From NCBI GenBank assembly GCA_002633005.1, contig NMRA01000017.1:1698295-1762294 (forward strand): a stretch of DNA of 64,000 nucleotides. Direction: 5' to 3'. The stretch is from Phoronis australis (taxonomy: Eukaryota; Animalia; Phoronida). Under the pieces are notes generated by a model. That model saw only the letters and a list, made by a program, of their open reading frames with translations. It searched no databases and was not told where the DNA came from. Made by a program: the position numbers and the translations under genes. The stretch's first letter is position 1; every line of letters starts with the position of its first letter. Shown here piece by piece: positions 36,146 through 49,325 of this stretch.

Positions 36146-37234
36146 TGTCAGCAACCCATGTTCAGCTTACCGCCCACCCCCATTTTTATGACGAGAACTC
36201 TTTAAAAGTGAGTGTGCTTTTGCGAATGTTCGTCTCGCAAAACTAAGATTCCAAAACGTGTGCAACTCGCTAAACCTTTGAATGACAATCAGTTTTAGCG
36301 GAACAGGGAACTTGCCTTATCTATGGCGGTAAAATGCCTGTATTCTAATGCTCTTAACTGAAGGAGACACAATTATTTCCTATGGCTCACGTGCGGAACT
36401 CGTGTACTGATTACTAAGACAGCATTTGTCGAATGTATTTCATTGCCGTGGAAGAACCAAGAAAGCGGTACTTGACAGTAATTTGAAGTCTGTGGCCTAC
36501 CTTTCTGGATTCCCCATGACAGTACACGAAACATCACCACCCTGAGCAATGAAATAAAAAAAAACACAACCACTCTCGGTTGATACATGACCAACAGTTT
36601 TGGAAAGTCCACTGACATTATTTTGGAGGCATTGTTTTGAATACTAGCAGATACGGGCCATTGTTCCCTGTCTTGTTAAACGCATGTTTTTAATGACTCA
36701 CTCCTGACACCAAAAATGGAAGCGCCCAACCTAAAGCAACAGCTAAAGAAATCAACCTGTAAGTAAGCGCAAGTCGAACATTCTGTCCATATCTACGTAG
36801 TCAAAAACTTTTTTGAACTCTTGATTTGCGTGTTGATTTTATACATGATGTGTTTTTGCTTTTTTACATGATGTGAACAGAGTCAGGTTACTTGCGCTAA
36901 ACGTAGTCAGGTTACTTGCGCTGAACAAAGAGGTTAGGCCAGTGTTGAACGAACATGTCAGTTCTATCAAACCGACAGGTTAGTGATTGAATGAACATGT
37001 TCCTATTGCCAAACAGACTAAGTAGTCGGAACTGATAGGACAGAGGGTGCTGTCGCAACTCAGGAAATAGTTGATGCCACGAAGTCATTAAATATCATGG
37101 GCCCCGTAATTAGCACTAATATTCCATGAACTTCTTTTTGATTGTCTGCAGTGAATAGTTTCCTTCATAGAATTGTTCTTGTCATCAACCATTCTTAAAT
37201 CTAGTGCCTCTTGGGGCGTTCTGAGTTATGTATA

Positions 37235-38730
37235 CCGTATTCGCTGTAATAACCACCCAGGGCGCTTAGAAAAGTTCATTTCAGGGGGCACTTATGATAA
37301 CCCAAGGCCGTTGAAATCCGGTCTCGGAAACGGGTGAAATTGGAAGCTAAGACTCATCATATTTACGCTCTGTGACGTATCTGTAATCTATGAAAGACTA
37401 TCTAGAAAACTGTGGTGCATTGCTATCAAACTTTGCTGCTAAATTACCGTCATTTTACAGAAAATTGTGCGGAAATCCCAGGGCGAAAACTCGCTGACTG
37501 ACTGCCTCGCAATCGTCGTCATGGCAACTTGAATGCAGTTTCGACTCAAGCAAATTACCTGAAATCGTACTTAAGTTTTCCAAGTAGCGTCCCTAAGATT
37601 TTTAAGTTCCCGTGGAGTCGGGATCACGGCAGGTTTAAGTACAAATCTGTGCTACATGGTGCCGTCTACATGTATGATTGGCAACATGAGATAAATGTCT
37701 GGACGGACACACATGTTGTCACGTGACGTTTGTTTTGAAGTTCGTCTGCGTTTTAGAGTAAGCGAGCACGTGCTTGTCACCAGAGTTCATTTGCCAGAGC
37801 AGAGACCGTCTTTTGGCCAGAGCCACGCAATCTTAAATCAGCTAGATGTGCATTGTATCTAAAGAAATTTGCACAAGCAATAGGCCTAAACCAGATCGTG
37901 TTTCATTTAGCACTTGCCGGTCTCATGTGCTAAAAACGTTCGACATTTGTCTTGGTAAGGCCCATATTAGTCGCCGTGTGACTGGATGCGTACGTGACCA
38001 TCTGACAGTTATTTTTCGGTGTAAGGGTGTGTAAGCATTCACTGTCGGTCATTTTATTGGATATTTGACTTAAAAAACACTAATTATGGTTAATCAAACA
38101 ATTCATCTTTAAAATGACACAAACATTTTTTATAGTATTAGAAATTGTCGGAAATTAGTGCCAATATTCATTTCTTGCCGATGCTATGCTACCCGTTTCA
38201 TGAATGGATAGTTGCCGACTAATGTCTTTGATGACGCACGAGTTCATGTATGTAGCGCGCACTTCCTGGCCACGTGTTTTTAACACTGGCCAAGCTTTTT
38301 ATTAGTCTTTGATTCGCGGTTTTCACGTGTTCAAAGAAATTTGGATTCCTGTTGAAAGCGGGAAATATCTACAAAGTAATCCCATAGACAAGTACACTAC
38401 TTCTGTTTTGAAAGGCCAGACCAATGATCCTCGCAAGATCAGCAAAACTTTCTTTTCGTTTTGAGGCAGGGCGAAAGTTTGAAGTGTATAGTCACGGCTA
38501 AATACCGACATAGCGGCGAGCCTCGTGGTCTACAAATTCTGCGCACAATGATTTTTTCAGAACTGTCGGATATTATTGATATATTGAAGACGTTACTGTA
38601 GAATTTTACGACTGTAGGTGAGGCATTTTTCACACGTACACGTTCATGGACTGGGCACTTATTTAAGCAAAGTCTGAAAACGCTTGGGGGGCACTTATAG
38701 GGGCATGGGCGGTTATTACGGTGAACATGG
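37235..38730. mobile_element. CCGTA-type non-autonomous DNA transposon (TA target)
   Basis: TA|CCGTATTCGCTGTAATAACCACCC...GGGCGGTTATTACGGTGAACATGG|TA. Internal segment similar to 8260-8590. Confidence 0.75.
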
Positions 38731-38959
38731 TATTCATAGTATTCTGAAGCTTTCGTAATAAACATAGTATTCTGAAGCTTTCGTAATAAACATTTAAAAA
38801 ATCATTTGTTTCTTAAATAATAAAAACGGTATGTAAGTGTGATGTGTTTGCTTTCTGGTAAGTTGAAATAGTAAATCAAGCTACCTGATTAAAAGCAAAT
38901 AGTAGAACTGCTTATGACCACGTAAACTACCTATTACTAAACATGTCTTCCGAGCTTGG

Positions 38960-39475
38960 TTCGGCTACCTCGCTAATAAGTGCCCTGGGCACTGAGAAAA
39001 ATTCGTTTCGGGGGGTTCTCGTAATTATAGCCTCAGGCGGTTGAAACCTATGAAACTGCGTTGTTAAACTATGATCCTTTTCAGGAAATTATGCAAAAAT
39101 CCCAGGGCAAAAACTCGGTGCGTCACTGCCTCGCGATCGTTGATAGGGCAACTTGAATTCTTGAATAAAAATACAGTTTTGACTCAACAAATCACCTGAA
39201 ATCCTCTTTAAGTTTTTCAAATAGCGTCCGTAACATCTTTAAGTTCTTGTGGAGTCGGGATTAACCACAGATTAAGTCCAAATTTGCGCTAGATCGCACC
39301 CCGAAACATGAGAAAAATCTGAACAAACACATTACGTTGTTGTCACGTGACGTTTGTTTTGAAGTTTGTCTGCGTATGTGTACCATGCGTGTCATCAGAG
39401 TTCATTTGCCAGAGTAGCAGGCCTGCATATATGTAGGGAGGGCTTCCTGGCCACGTGCTTTTAACACTGATCAAG
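38960..39475 (+). mobile_element. Truncated copy of the same CCGTA-type family
   Basis: Aligns by eye with 37250-37810 and with the reverse complement of 618-1190. Confidence 0.7.
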
Positions 39476-40783
39476 GTTTGTACTGAGGGTCAATGTTGTC
39501 AAAAATGTAACAGATTCGTTACTTTGGCGTCATACCCCAAGAGCCATTACATGATTTTGTTTCAAATGAAATTACCGGTATTCATAATTTAACGAGTCTT
39601 ACAGTTAGCTGTTGACGTTTTGGGACTGAAATACCCGTCACATAGTTTTCAGCACCCTGCATGATTAATTGCGAACAGTTGACAGGGTTTCTCGGAATGC
39701 ATCTTATTTTACGATTTCCTGACTAAACCACCATCCACAGTTAGAAAACTGGCATAAGGAAGCGGTGCCAAAACTGTTTGCTGAAATTTTCTGTTAAATT
39801 TCCGCAGACTATAAAACACTCCCATCACTTTGCAAAGTGATACCTATGTATTTTTACGAGGAAAGTTCGCACTCTCTTGCACTTCAGTTTCACTTGTGTC
39901 AAGTTGGAGCTTCAACACATCCACAGCAAAGCCTCATCAGTTCTTGTCCCATACCAAAATAAAAACACAATTATATAGGTCCGCAGTTCAATCAGTTATT
40001 GAGAGCCCGTGATAACATTCATGTTCAAGTAGCGCCCTCTGTTCATTTTCCATGCTTGTCTTGTTCGTTTAACAGATGGTTTGTCTGTATGACAGTTGAC
40101 TTAATTATTTGAATGTTGAGCCTCCCAGGTTACTTGTGCGACAAAATCTGCAAACTAGTCTTGTCTGATTGGAAAACCGTAACATTCTTGACTTCTTTAT
40201 TCGACAAATCACTGGTCTGTTTAGCAAACCACTTGTTTATTTGGTAGTGTCTACTCTGAATCTTTTTGCTGCCTATAAAATACTCCCGTAATCAAACTTT
40301 TTCATTGATCAGTCCTTCGTTCAGTTGCTCAAATCGGTAACTCGGAGTGTCAAAAACTGTGTGTAAAAATGGCGAGTTGAATACTGAACAAAGGACTGCT
40401 CAAAGAAGAAGTTTGATTACTTGTTCGAGTTGGAAGGAATAAAAGACTACGACGGCCTCCTGACTATCTCTATGCACAAAAGGTACTTATAACAAGGTGA
40501 CTTTGCATTTTCACGAAAGACGTCACTTTAGTTGGTTGGCAACTAGACATGGCACATCACATTTTACAAAATACCACGAAAAACGGGTGATGAGGCTTGA
40601 TCTCGCGAGATCGTATCGGTTGGTATCCGCACCAAATGAACGGCAGAAAAACGTTTCGTCACTGTTGTAATTTGAATGAGTTTTGTTGCAGTTCTTAAAA
40701 ATGGTAATTAGAATCCTTGTATATGAGAAAATCCGTATTTGTTGACTCGTTTATGTTTCAAAATATAGACTTATCTCCCTTGC

Positions 40784-41705
40784 TATGCGCCCACATATTT
40801 ATATGGCAGTTTTGTTTTGTTTGTGCCTATGACTGTATCTTCTAAACCGTTCGCAGGATCTTTACAAAATTTAGTAAGTATATTTATATGATGTTAACAA
40901 CAAATGATGACGACTTATGGACAGATCCGACTACCATTGTGCCCCCTAATGGCAATTTTATTTTTTTACGTTTACCTTTGTATCTTCAAAGTCCGGAAAG
41001 GATTTTCATGAAATTTAATATGTAGGAACCTATTAGTGAGATGACGCTATGCTCCCGTTTTCGATGGATTTGACTTAGTTTGCGCCACCTTTTGGCCATT
41101 TTTACTGTTTTCGAGTCTGTTTGTTGCGTCCACCTTTCTATCAACCAAACCGCTCAAAGGGTGATTGTGAAAATTGGCATGTATGTGCTTTGCGTCCACC
41201 CCTCTATCAACCAAACTGCTCAAAGGGTGATTGTGAAAATTGGCATGTATGTGCTTTCTATAAAGAGGACGGTTGACTATGGTTTTCCGACGATTTCGAC
41301 TACTGTGGTGCCTCCTAGTGGCAGTTTTGTTTTCGTTGCGCCTATTGCTGTATCTCCTAAACCCTTCGCATGATCTTTACTTAATTTAGCAAGTGAATTT
41401 ATGTGATGTTGGTTACGGATGACAACGACTTTCAGACAGATCTGACTACTGCTGTGCCCCCTAGTGTCAATTTTAGTTTTTTACGTTTAACTCCGTATCT
41501 TCAAAGGTCATCAACAAATTTTCATAAAATTTTAAATATAGGCATCTATTGGTGTGATGATGCTATCTGCCTGTTTTTGGATGGAATCGAGGTATTTTGC
41601 ACCACCTAGTGGCCACTTCTGCTGTTTTCAAATCATGTTTTTGGTGTCCATCCCTGTATCAACCAAATCATTTGAAAATTGGCATATATGTTCTCAGTGT
41701 GAAAA
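40784..41705 (+). mobile_element. HINE family A, 5' part with core monomers, abutting LINE fragment
   Basis: tatgcgcccacatatttatatg start; GCGCCACC/CTAGTGG monomers. Confidence 0.7.
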
Positions 41706-43400
41706 TTGAAATTGGTCTGTAATTTTTTACATTGTAAGTAGCACCGCCTTTGTGTAAAGGGGATACTTTTGTAAGTTTTCTCAAACTAGGAAACTTGGAA
41801 GTTTTAATGCTATGGTTTAAAAGATAGGTGATGGATGGTGTCAACTCGTCATGAGCTAGTCTCAAAATTTTGGAGCTGAGATCCATTCCAGTGGCTTTAT
41901 TAAAGGCGAAAGCAACCTTTTTTCATGTCATTTTTAGCAAAAATAGGGTTCGTTGATTATCCCAGACATGTTTTTCACTTATTTACAGCTTTTCGTAATT
42001 TAATTAATTACTTGTCTACTCCGGAAGTGACGTTGTGGGAAGCAAGAATTTCGCGCCAATTTCTTTTCATACAGTCTGACTGTGAGAGCAGTTGAGTCAG
42101 TCATTGTTTTACCTCGGTGGTGATAAGTTCGGTCGTCGTTTGCTCTTGTTTACGAGTCAGTTAACATCGCTGCAGGGCTGCTTACAGGCTCTGGGCTAGA
42201 GACAACAGCACCCGGGGAATCACTACTAGTTCCTGGAATTGCACGCTATGGGGGTATGTTCAGAGGCATGGGTGACAGTAGATGAAGTGCCTCCAGTCAC
42301 TGTTTATAGTGGCCACAGCTCGCGAGGCTTCTCGCTTCAAAAACGCACTTCTCGTTGGTGGCGGCGGGGCACTGCCGGGAATCAGCAGCGAGTATGGTAT
42401 GGAACCCTTCTTCAGGCATTGTTTCAGAGGGACCTTCATCAATTCAGCGTACATATCTCTGTCGCAATCTGACGGCTGAATATGCTTGCCACTGCTTTGT
42501 ACGTTGCGTGAGCGGGTAGCGCTGCGTTCTTCACACGAACGAGGTAGCCAAGTATGGCGAAGTGTGTCATCTTTTGGAAAGCGATGCAAGGTACCCAAAG
42601 CGCGTGTGAGACGATAATGAGTACATCCTGGTAGGCAGCAACAGCGTGACATGTTGACTGACTTGTAAACAAAAGCAAACGACGACCGAACTTATCACAA
42701 CCAAGGTAGAACAATGACTGACTTGACAGTTCTCACAGTCTAACTGTATGAAAAGAAATTGGCGCGAAATTCTTGCCTCCCAAAACGTTACTTCCGGAGT
42801 AGAGGACGAGAAATTAATTAAATTACGAAAAGCTGTGATTAAGTGAAAAATATGTCTGGGGATAATCAACAGACCTTATTTTTGCTAAAAGTGACATGAA
42901 AAAAGGTTGCCTTCGCCTTTAAGATTAAGACCATTTAAGAACTTATTTACAAATTCCATATTTACCAGAGGAATATCATAACCTATGTCACTTTCAACTC
43001 GGGAACTAACAAAGTCAATCATATCTTTATGAGTGGCGTGTGTATCTTTAAGATCACGAGTAAGTTTGCTAGCTATGTCAGTGAAACATTTTTTAAAATT
43101 ATTGGCAATCTGAAATTTATCATGAACACACTTCTCATCAATCCTTAACATGGTGATGAGGATTTTTCCTTAGGAGCAACTTGTCTGATGACTTTCCATA
43201 ACACTTTGGAATTTTTGAGATTACTACTGATCAGTGAAGAGTAATAGTCACTGTTAGCCTTTTTAATCATTGTTACAACACGATTTCGCTCTGATTTGTA
43301 GCCGTCATAATTTCCGCACTTACGTAAACTGTCCCTGAGCTTTATAGCTTCAAAAATGTCACCACTTAACCATACTGGCTGACGTAATCTCTTCACACAT
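41705..43400 (-). mobile_element. CR1/L2-like LINE ORF2 fragment split by Kolobok insertion
   Basis: QPVWLSGDIFEAIKLRD..., IANNFKKCFTDIA..., and after removing the insert NKATGMDLSSKILR...FPS...VSPLHKGG...NYRPISI. Confidence 0.85.
41904..42918 (-). mobile_element. Kolobok-type element with ~190-bp TIRs and THAP-domain ORF (42260-42652)
   Basis: TTAA|AGGCGAAAGCAACC...GGTTGCCTTCGCCT|TTAA. ORF MSRCCCLPGC...LHRFPKDDTLRHTWL...KHI...LKKGSIP. Confidence 0.85.
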
Positions 43401-44627
43401 CTAGTTCAGATTGTCCACAAAGTGTACTTAGGAGTTGGGGTAAGATTGATGACCCTCCTGTGTACTTTGGTAACAGATGGTTGTGACAGGAGAAAAGTGC
43501 ATTAACTGCATCTGCGTTGAATGCAGTCCGTCAATTCTTAGGTTAGGCATATCACCATTAGGCATCTAGGTAAAAGTGAAGTAAATGGGTCCCTTTAAAC
43601 ATGGCTGCTGGGAATCAGTTTTCACTGAGTAACGGCAGTGTCCAAAAAGTTCAAGGGACACAAATAAAAAAATTTCTGCTCTGACAGCATGTAGTTGCCT
43701 AAGCCTTGCACGCGTGGTGTGACTTATGACAGCACGTGCTCACTCTCATCACATCATGCAACATTATCCATGTCGACGCTCAGTGTCTTCTCGCAAAACA
43801 CCACACCTTTCGACTTCTTTTGCACACCAACTATTTCTGAAGGGACTCCTCAAGCTGAGTGCAGTTCCAGATTTAGTTGCCAAGGGATATTTCTGGGTCT
43901 CCAGCGATAACTTTGATAAGACTTGGCGTAATCAACTTGATTTTTTTGCAGACGAACAAACAGGTTCAGGGTCAGAACAGGAATTCACCATTTCACCACA
44001 AAGTTCCACATCTTTGTAAATAGGATTATTTTATTCTAAGTGTCACTACAACATATATATCAGTTGATACAGAACTCTTGATTGTCCGGTTACGCAATGT
44101 TTGACAGGATGAGATTGGAGCTAGTGTCATTGTATAATCTCCACGCCACTTGTTAGTTAGTCACTGAGCTGGTGAGCAGTCAAACCATATGACTTACTGA
44201 AGATTGATCAAATATAATTAAAAAAACAACTTTAGATTTCCAGAATATTTGTGTGTTATATTGTACATCAACAATTAATATATTAGGTTAAGATAAAATG
44301 CAAAAAACAGTAAAAACAATTTTTTGTATTCACCTGCCTTAAAACAACCTATTTTGTATCAATTTAGATCGAGTAGTTCCACTCGATAACAGCAAGTACA
44401 GCTCTTTTTCCTGACACCTGATAGGAGACGGAGGTGTTGAAATTAACCAATGACGTCAGAGGTTTGAATGCAGTCTGTTTAGCTGTTCACAACTCGCTTA
44501 CTGGTGTCAGCTTATCACTTGAATTCATCGTTTTACACCAATAAATCATCAAAATTCGATGTAAAACCCTTACAAATACATCAAGTTATTGAACAAACGT
44601 GTTATAGTATTTCGCTGTTACGGATTT

Positions 44628-45860
44628 GTATGCGTCCACATATTTATGTGGACGCATTATGCCGTCATCTCTGTCCGTCCGGGCGGCGTCAGTCCGGCAT
44701 CCGCTGCTGTAACTCAAAAAACTGTTTGACGTATGTTCATGAAATTTTGCACGTGTTCCTTTCATAGATGGGACAGCATGAGCAAACTTTCGGATGGATC
44801 CGACTACCGGTGTGCCCCCCTAGTGGCAATTTTAGTTTTTTACGCTTACCTCTATATCTTCAAAAGTCTTCAGGGTATTTTCATAAAATTTGGCATGTTA
44901 AGGCATCCATTAGTGTGATGACGGTATCCTCCCATTTTCGGATACATTCGATGTAATTTGCGCCACCTTGTGGCCATTTTTACTGTTTTTGAGTCTGTTT
45001 TTAGGCGTCCACCCCTCTATCAACCAAATTGCGCTAAGGATGATTGTGGAAATTGGCATGTATATTCTTACTATGAAGACGACGGCTGATGATGATTTTC
45101 TGATTGCGACAACTGTGGCGCCTCCATGTGGCAGCTTTGTTTTTTGCAGCTATTTGGCTGTATCTCCAAAACCTTCTGGTTGATCTTTACTAAATTTAGT
45201 ATGTGCATTTATAGGATGTTGACAAAGGACGTCGATGACTTTTGGACGTATTTGACTGGTGTGCTCCCGGGTGGCAATTTTATTTTTTTGGGTTAATCTC
45301 TGTCTTCAAAGGTCCTCAAGGTGTTTTCAGAAAATTTGGCATACAGGCTTCTGTTAGCTATCCTTCCGTTTTCAGATGGATTCGACTTAGTTTGCGCCAC
45401 GTAGTGGCCATTTTTACCGTTTTCGAGTCTGTTTTCTGGCATCCACCCATCTATCAACCAAATCGCTTTCAGGATAATTATGAAAATTGGCATGTATGTT
45501 TTTACTTTGAAGTGGAAGGCTGACGATAAGTTTCCAATGACTTAAGCCATCTAGTGGCAGTTTTGTTTTATGTTGCACCCATGGCTGTCTCTCTTAAATC
45601 GTTTGCAGGATCTTTACTAAATTTAACAAGTGTGTTTATATGATGTCGTCAAAGAACAACGACGACATTCGGACGGATCTGACTATTGGTGTGCCCCCTG
45701 GTGGCAATTTTAGATTTTACGTTTACCTCTGTATCTTCAAGGATTCTCAACGGATTTTACTAAAATTTTGAGTACAGACATCTATTGGTGAGGTGACGCT
45801 ATCCTTCTGTTTTTGGATGGAATCGAGGAATTTTGCGCCACCTAGTGACCATTTGTTGTT
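44628..45860 (+). mobile_element. HINE family A inserted in Kolobok copy 3
   Basis: 5' hairpin, GTCC microsatellite and tandem core. Inserted at a T-run of the Kolobok sequence. Confidence 0.75.
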
Positions 45861-45869
45861 TTCTAGTCT

Positions 45870-46557
45870 GCGAACCTCCAATGGGCGGTCAAAATAAAAC
45901 AGCCCTAGAACCTTACGTTGAAAATGTCATTGAATAACGGAGTCTTGAACATAAACATCCCAAACGCAAGAAAAAAACACCTGAATTAGTTTTTCAAACT
46001 TTAATTACAAATAATTTAAAACTGCTCTCTAACTCGGAACTTGTCATCTAGCTCGTGACTCTGCTCTGACCTACGCAGCACGTGAAGCTTGCAGGTGCGC
46101 ACTTTGCACTGTCACCACATCAGTGAGAATAGTTGCAATTAACAAGTGGAGCGCTGCATAGTCACTGGTGGTCTGCGCTCTACAGCTACACCTTTAACAA
46201 GACGGCAGGACGACACGGGCTATTACTCAGCAATTTTGTAAATTTAACTGAAATAATTAATTTGAGGGCAAGAAAACCTTTGTTGGGATCATTCGCTGCC
46301 ATGACATTTTTACCGTCATTTGGCGACGTGGTGAAAGCTTGGAAAAGTGCTACGCGTTCCAACTACGTTTGGGGACTGCGATCATGAGGTAAGATAAACC
46401 GCCCATGGCGGTTGTATGTCGCCCATGTTCGGTTAACCGCGCACCCCTGATTTCTTGAAATTTCACATTTAAGCGCCCATGTTTGGTTAACCGTGCACTC
46501 CTGAATTTTTGGGTTTGCCAATTTAACGGCCCAGGGCGTTAACCCGAACGTTTACGG
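45870..46557. mobile_element. CCGTA-type MITE, right part (family of 58127-59181)
   Basis: TTAACCGCCC repeats and ...GTTAACCCGAACGTTTACGG|TA end. Confidence 0.65.
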
Positions 46558-48879
46558 TAATTAGTGCACATCTAAAGCCGGTAACGCAGTGATTTATTCA
46601 TTTCCGGCTTCTCAAAACATTTTCACTCACGCACACTCGAAGGTGATACAAATTATATTTAATGAGACCGACTTTCAGTTTTATATAAGCATTGGTTGGG
46701 GTTAGAATAGTTCAATTTGAAGCAGAATGCAAACTTTAAACGTTAATGTGGCCACTCGCAATCCTGACTTCGACGACGTGCGTATTCGATGAAGACTTCA
46801 CAGGTCGATCGTTAGGTTTTACAGGAATAGACTGATAGAGAAATAGAGGCTCCGTGAACGTGCACAGACAACGAAACATATGGATAGTTCCGAAAACTGT
46901 TTGAATGACTTGTTCATGAGCTAACCGCAGGGTAATCGAAACGACTGATGCTTGCGTTTGCTGCTACGAAACTCCGCAAGTGAAACGGTTTCTTGGAAAA
47001 GTGCAAACGTGTCTCATGGATCATCCTGATTTTGCACTGCATCTAAAAAAGTTGTGCTGACGATGTTTTTTCAGGGCTGAGAAAAAGAATTCGCGAAAAC
47101 TTTCTACACACACAGGACCAAAAAGAAGCCTCACGAACAAGTTAGTCATCAAACAGGTTATATAAAACATGTTCTCACGCCTTGAATTCATTGTATAGTA
47201 GTTGTTTACGGTTTCATGACCTACTGCAATTCTCCATAATCAAAAACTGACCAACAACCAATCTGATGAAGTGCGGGCCACTGACAGACTCTGATAAGTT
47301 TCACGGCCTCATATTTGGTATTAACGGCGTACTTTTCATTTGTCACTATCGCGAACCACTTCCGAAGCATTTAGGGGTCTCGAGAAAATCGAAAAAACGA
47401 TATACCCGCTTTCCTCACGGCTTCATACTTTGCACAAGCGGGAACAATACACCACACCATAGCAGCACCTCTCTGCCAAAGAACCATTGATGTCGTTTCA
47501 TTGTTTCTCCTCTTCCTCACACGTTAATGCGACACCTCTCGGCGAGGTAATATCGACCCGTACACGAGGTGATGTGGATATAGACCAATTAAGACAGTAA
47601 AAAAGACTGTTTCAATCGGGTGGCATTCTCCTTTAAGATATTTAAAAATATTTCTTTCACATGGCCACGCGCATAGTAATACTAGGTAGACAATCAAATC
47701 AGCTGATCATAATTTCAGTTATCTCCCACAAACTTGACTGATTTTTGCGGGATCACAGGTCTACTCAAAATTTTTATGAGGAATTCAAATGTGAACACTG
47801 TTTTCGTCGACAAAAAGTGCGAAAGGTGAAGTAATACGTCTTAATTCTCCTGGAGGCAAATCTTATCTTAACATAGTCATATTGAAGTACAATCAAAAGA
47901 GTAATGGAAAGGAAAGACTTGCGGTTTCTGATCGTCCGCAGTAGCCCACCTGCCTGTAAATCTGGACCGACTGTCACCATAGTATATCTGCAACGAAGAT
48001 TTCTGTCCAGTACCATACCATCCTACTGCCTGTTCTGCTTAGAGATTACTTATTTACTGATTACTGTTTAAGTCTGAATCTAGTCTGATTTTGTAGATTT
48101 GACACTGGGCCCACTAGCATCAGTTTCAGCCATGTGTTATGGCTGTACCTACCAATATGTTCCCTTGGGCCAAACTGAGTTCAGGAGCAATCTTGATAAC
48201 ACAAACATGAAGTGTCCTGGAACCAAGGCTGTAATTTCTCCCATCTGTTGAATCACCAAAGCAGGTTGTTGCTCTGTTTTGAAGTCAGGCTGCTTAAAAA
48301 ATCTGGTACTTTTCTCTGTTTGTTTGACACAGACATACTGTGGGTCATCTGGGTCACTGGTTTTGGTCTTGGTTGTGTGAAGTCACTCACAGTCATTTGG
48401 TGTTGTATAAAGTAAACAACTTTTTACTGGGTGAAATTAAATTTTTCCAAGTGTGCAAAGCAGACCTCCAACACACCCAAGAAGAAAGGGAGTGAAATGG
48501 TCAAAGATGGCTGACGAAAAAGCATGGAAGGCTTTTGGTGAGGATGTACGCAGTATCAAGAAGACAATTTTGATGGGTAGTTGTTGAGAAGAAGATTGAG
48601 AGTTTCACCACAATAACGTGGCTCAGCAATGATGCATAGTGGGCTGTCCACCACTGTGGACCCACTAGTGGAGACCACTATGGTTTAAGGTCGAAACAAG
48701 TCGATGAAGCTGGACGACATTGAGCTATGCCTTAGATAGTGTAAGATTGGAAGAACGTAGATCCTGGTTCAGCTGCAAGAGGAAGGGGCGACAAGACGTC
48801 AGACTGCATGGAAGCCCAACAATCCTGGATAGGAATTTTACACGTTTGATAGGCTCTGAGAATGTGACTGAGGTCGACT

Positions 48880-49325
48880 GTAAAGTGTGGCATGTCAAAT
48901 GTGGCGTGTGAAACGTAGCATGTCGAATATGTGAAACATGCCATCCAGAACGTGACGTAAATGTGGCATTTAAAACATAGCAAAAAAGCAGGCGACAAGA
49001 TGTCAGACTGCATGGAAGCCTGATAATTGGCATGCCGAATGTGTAAAATGCAGCGTGTCAAATGTGGCGTGTCAAACATGGCTTGTCAAACATGTATATC
49101 TAGGCAAAAATGTGTAAAACATGGCATGTGGTAAAAATGTGTACTCTTTGTTCCAATACTCTGCGTGTCCAACGTGGCGCTTTTGCCACGTAAGTGTGTA
49201 AAATGTGATGCTTTTTCATGCTAGCGTGTAATACGTGGCACTTTTGCCACGCTGGTGTGTAAGACATAATGCTTTTCTACGCTAGCGTGTAATACGTGGC
49301 ACTGCTGCCATGTTAGTGTGTAATC
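48880..49325. repeat. Degenerate minisatellite (GTGGC/ACATG/CGTG-rich)
   Basis: Recurrent atgtggc..., acgtggcac...ttttgccacg and gcgtgtaatacgtggcac units. Confidence 0.7.

Larger units (their letters stand above)
44341..47632 (+). mobile_element. Kolobok-type element, copy 3 (interrupted; retains extra KolX-like segment)
   Basis: 44341-44625 matches 19141-19430. 46560-47632 matches 20283-21046 and ends GTGGCATTCTCCT|TTAA. Confidence 0.75.
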
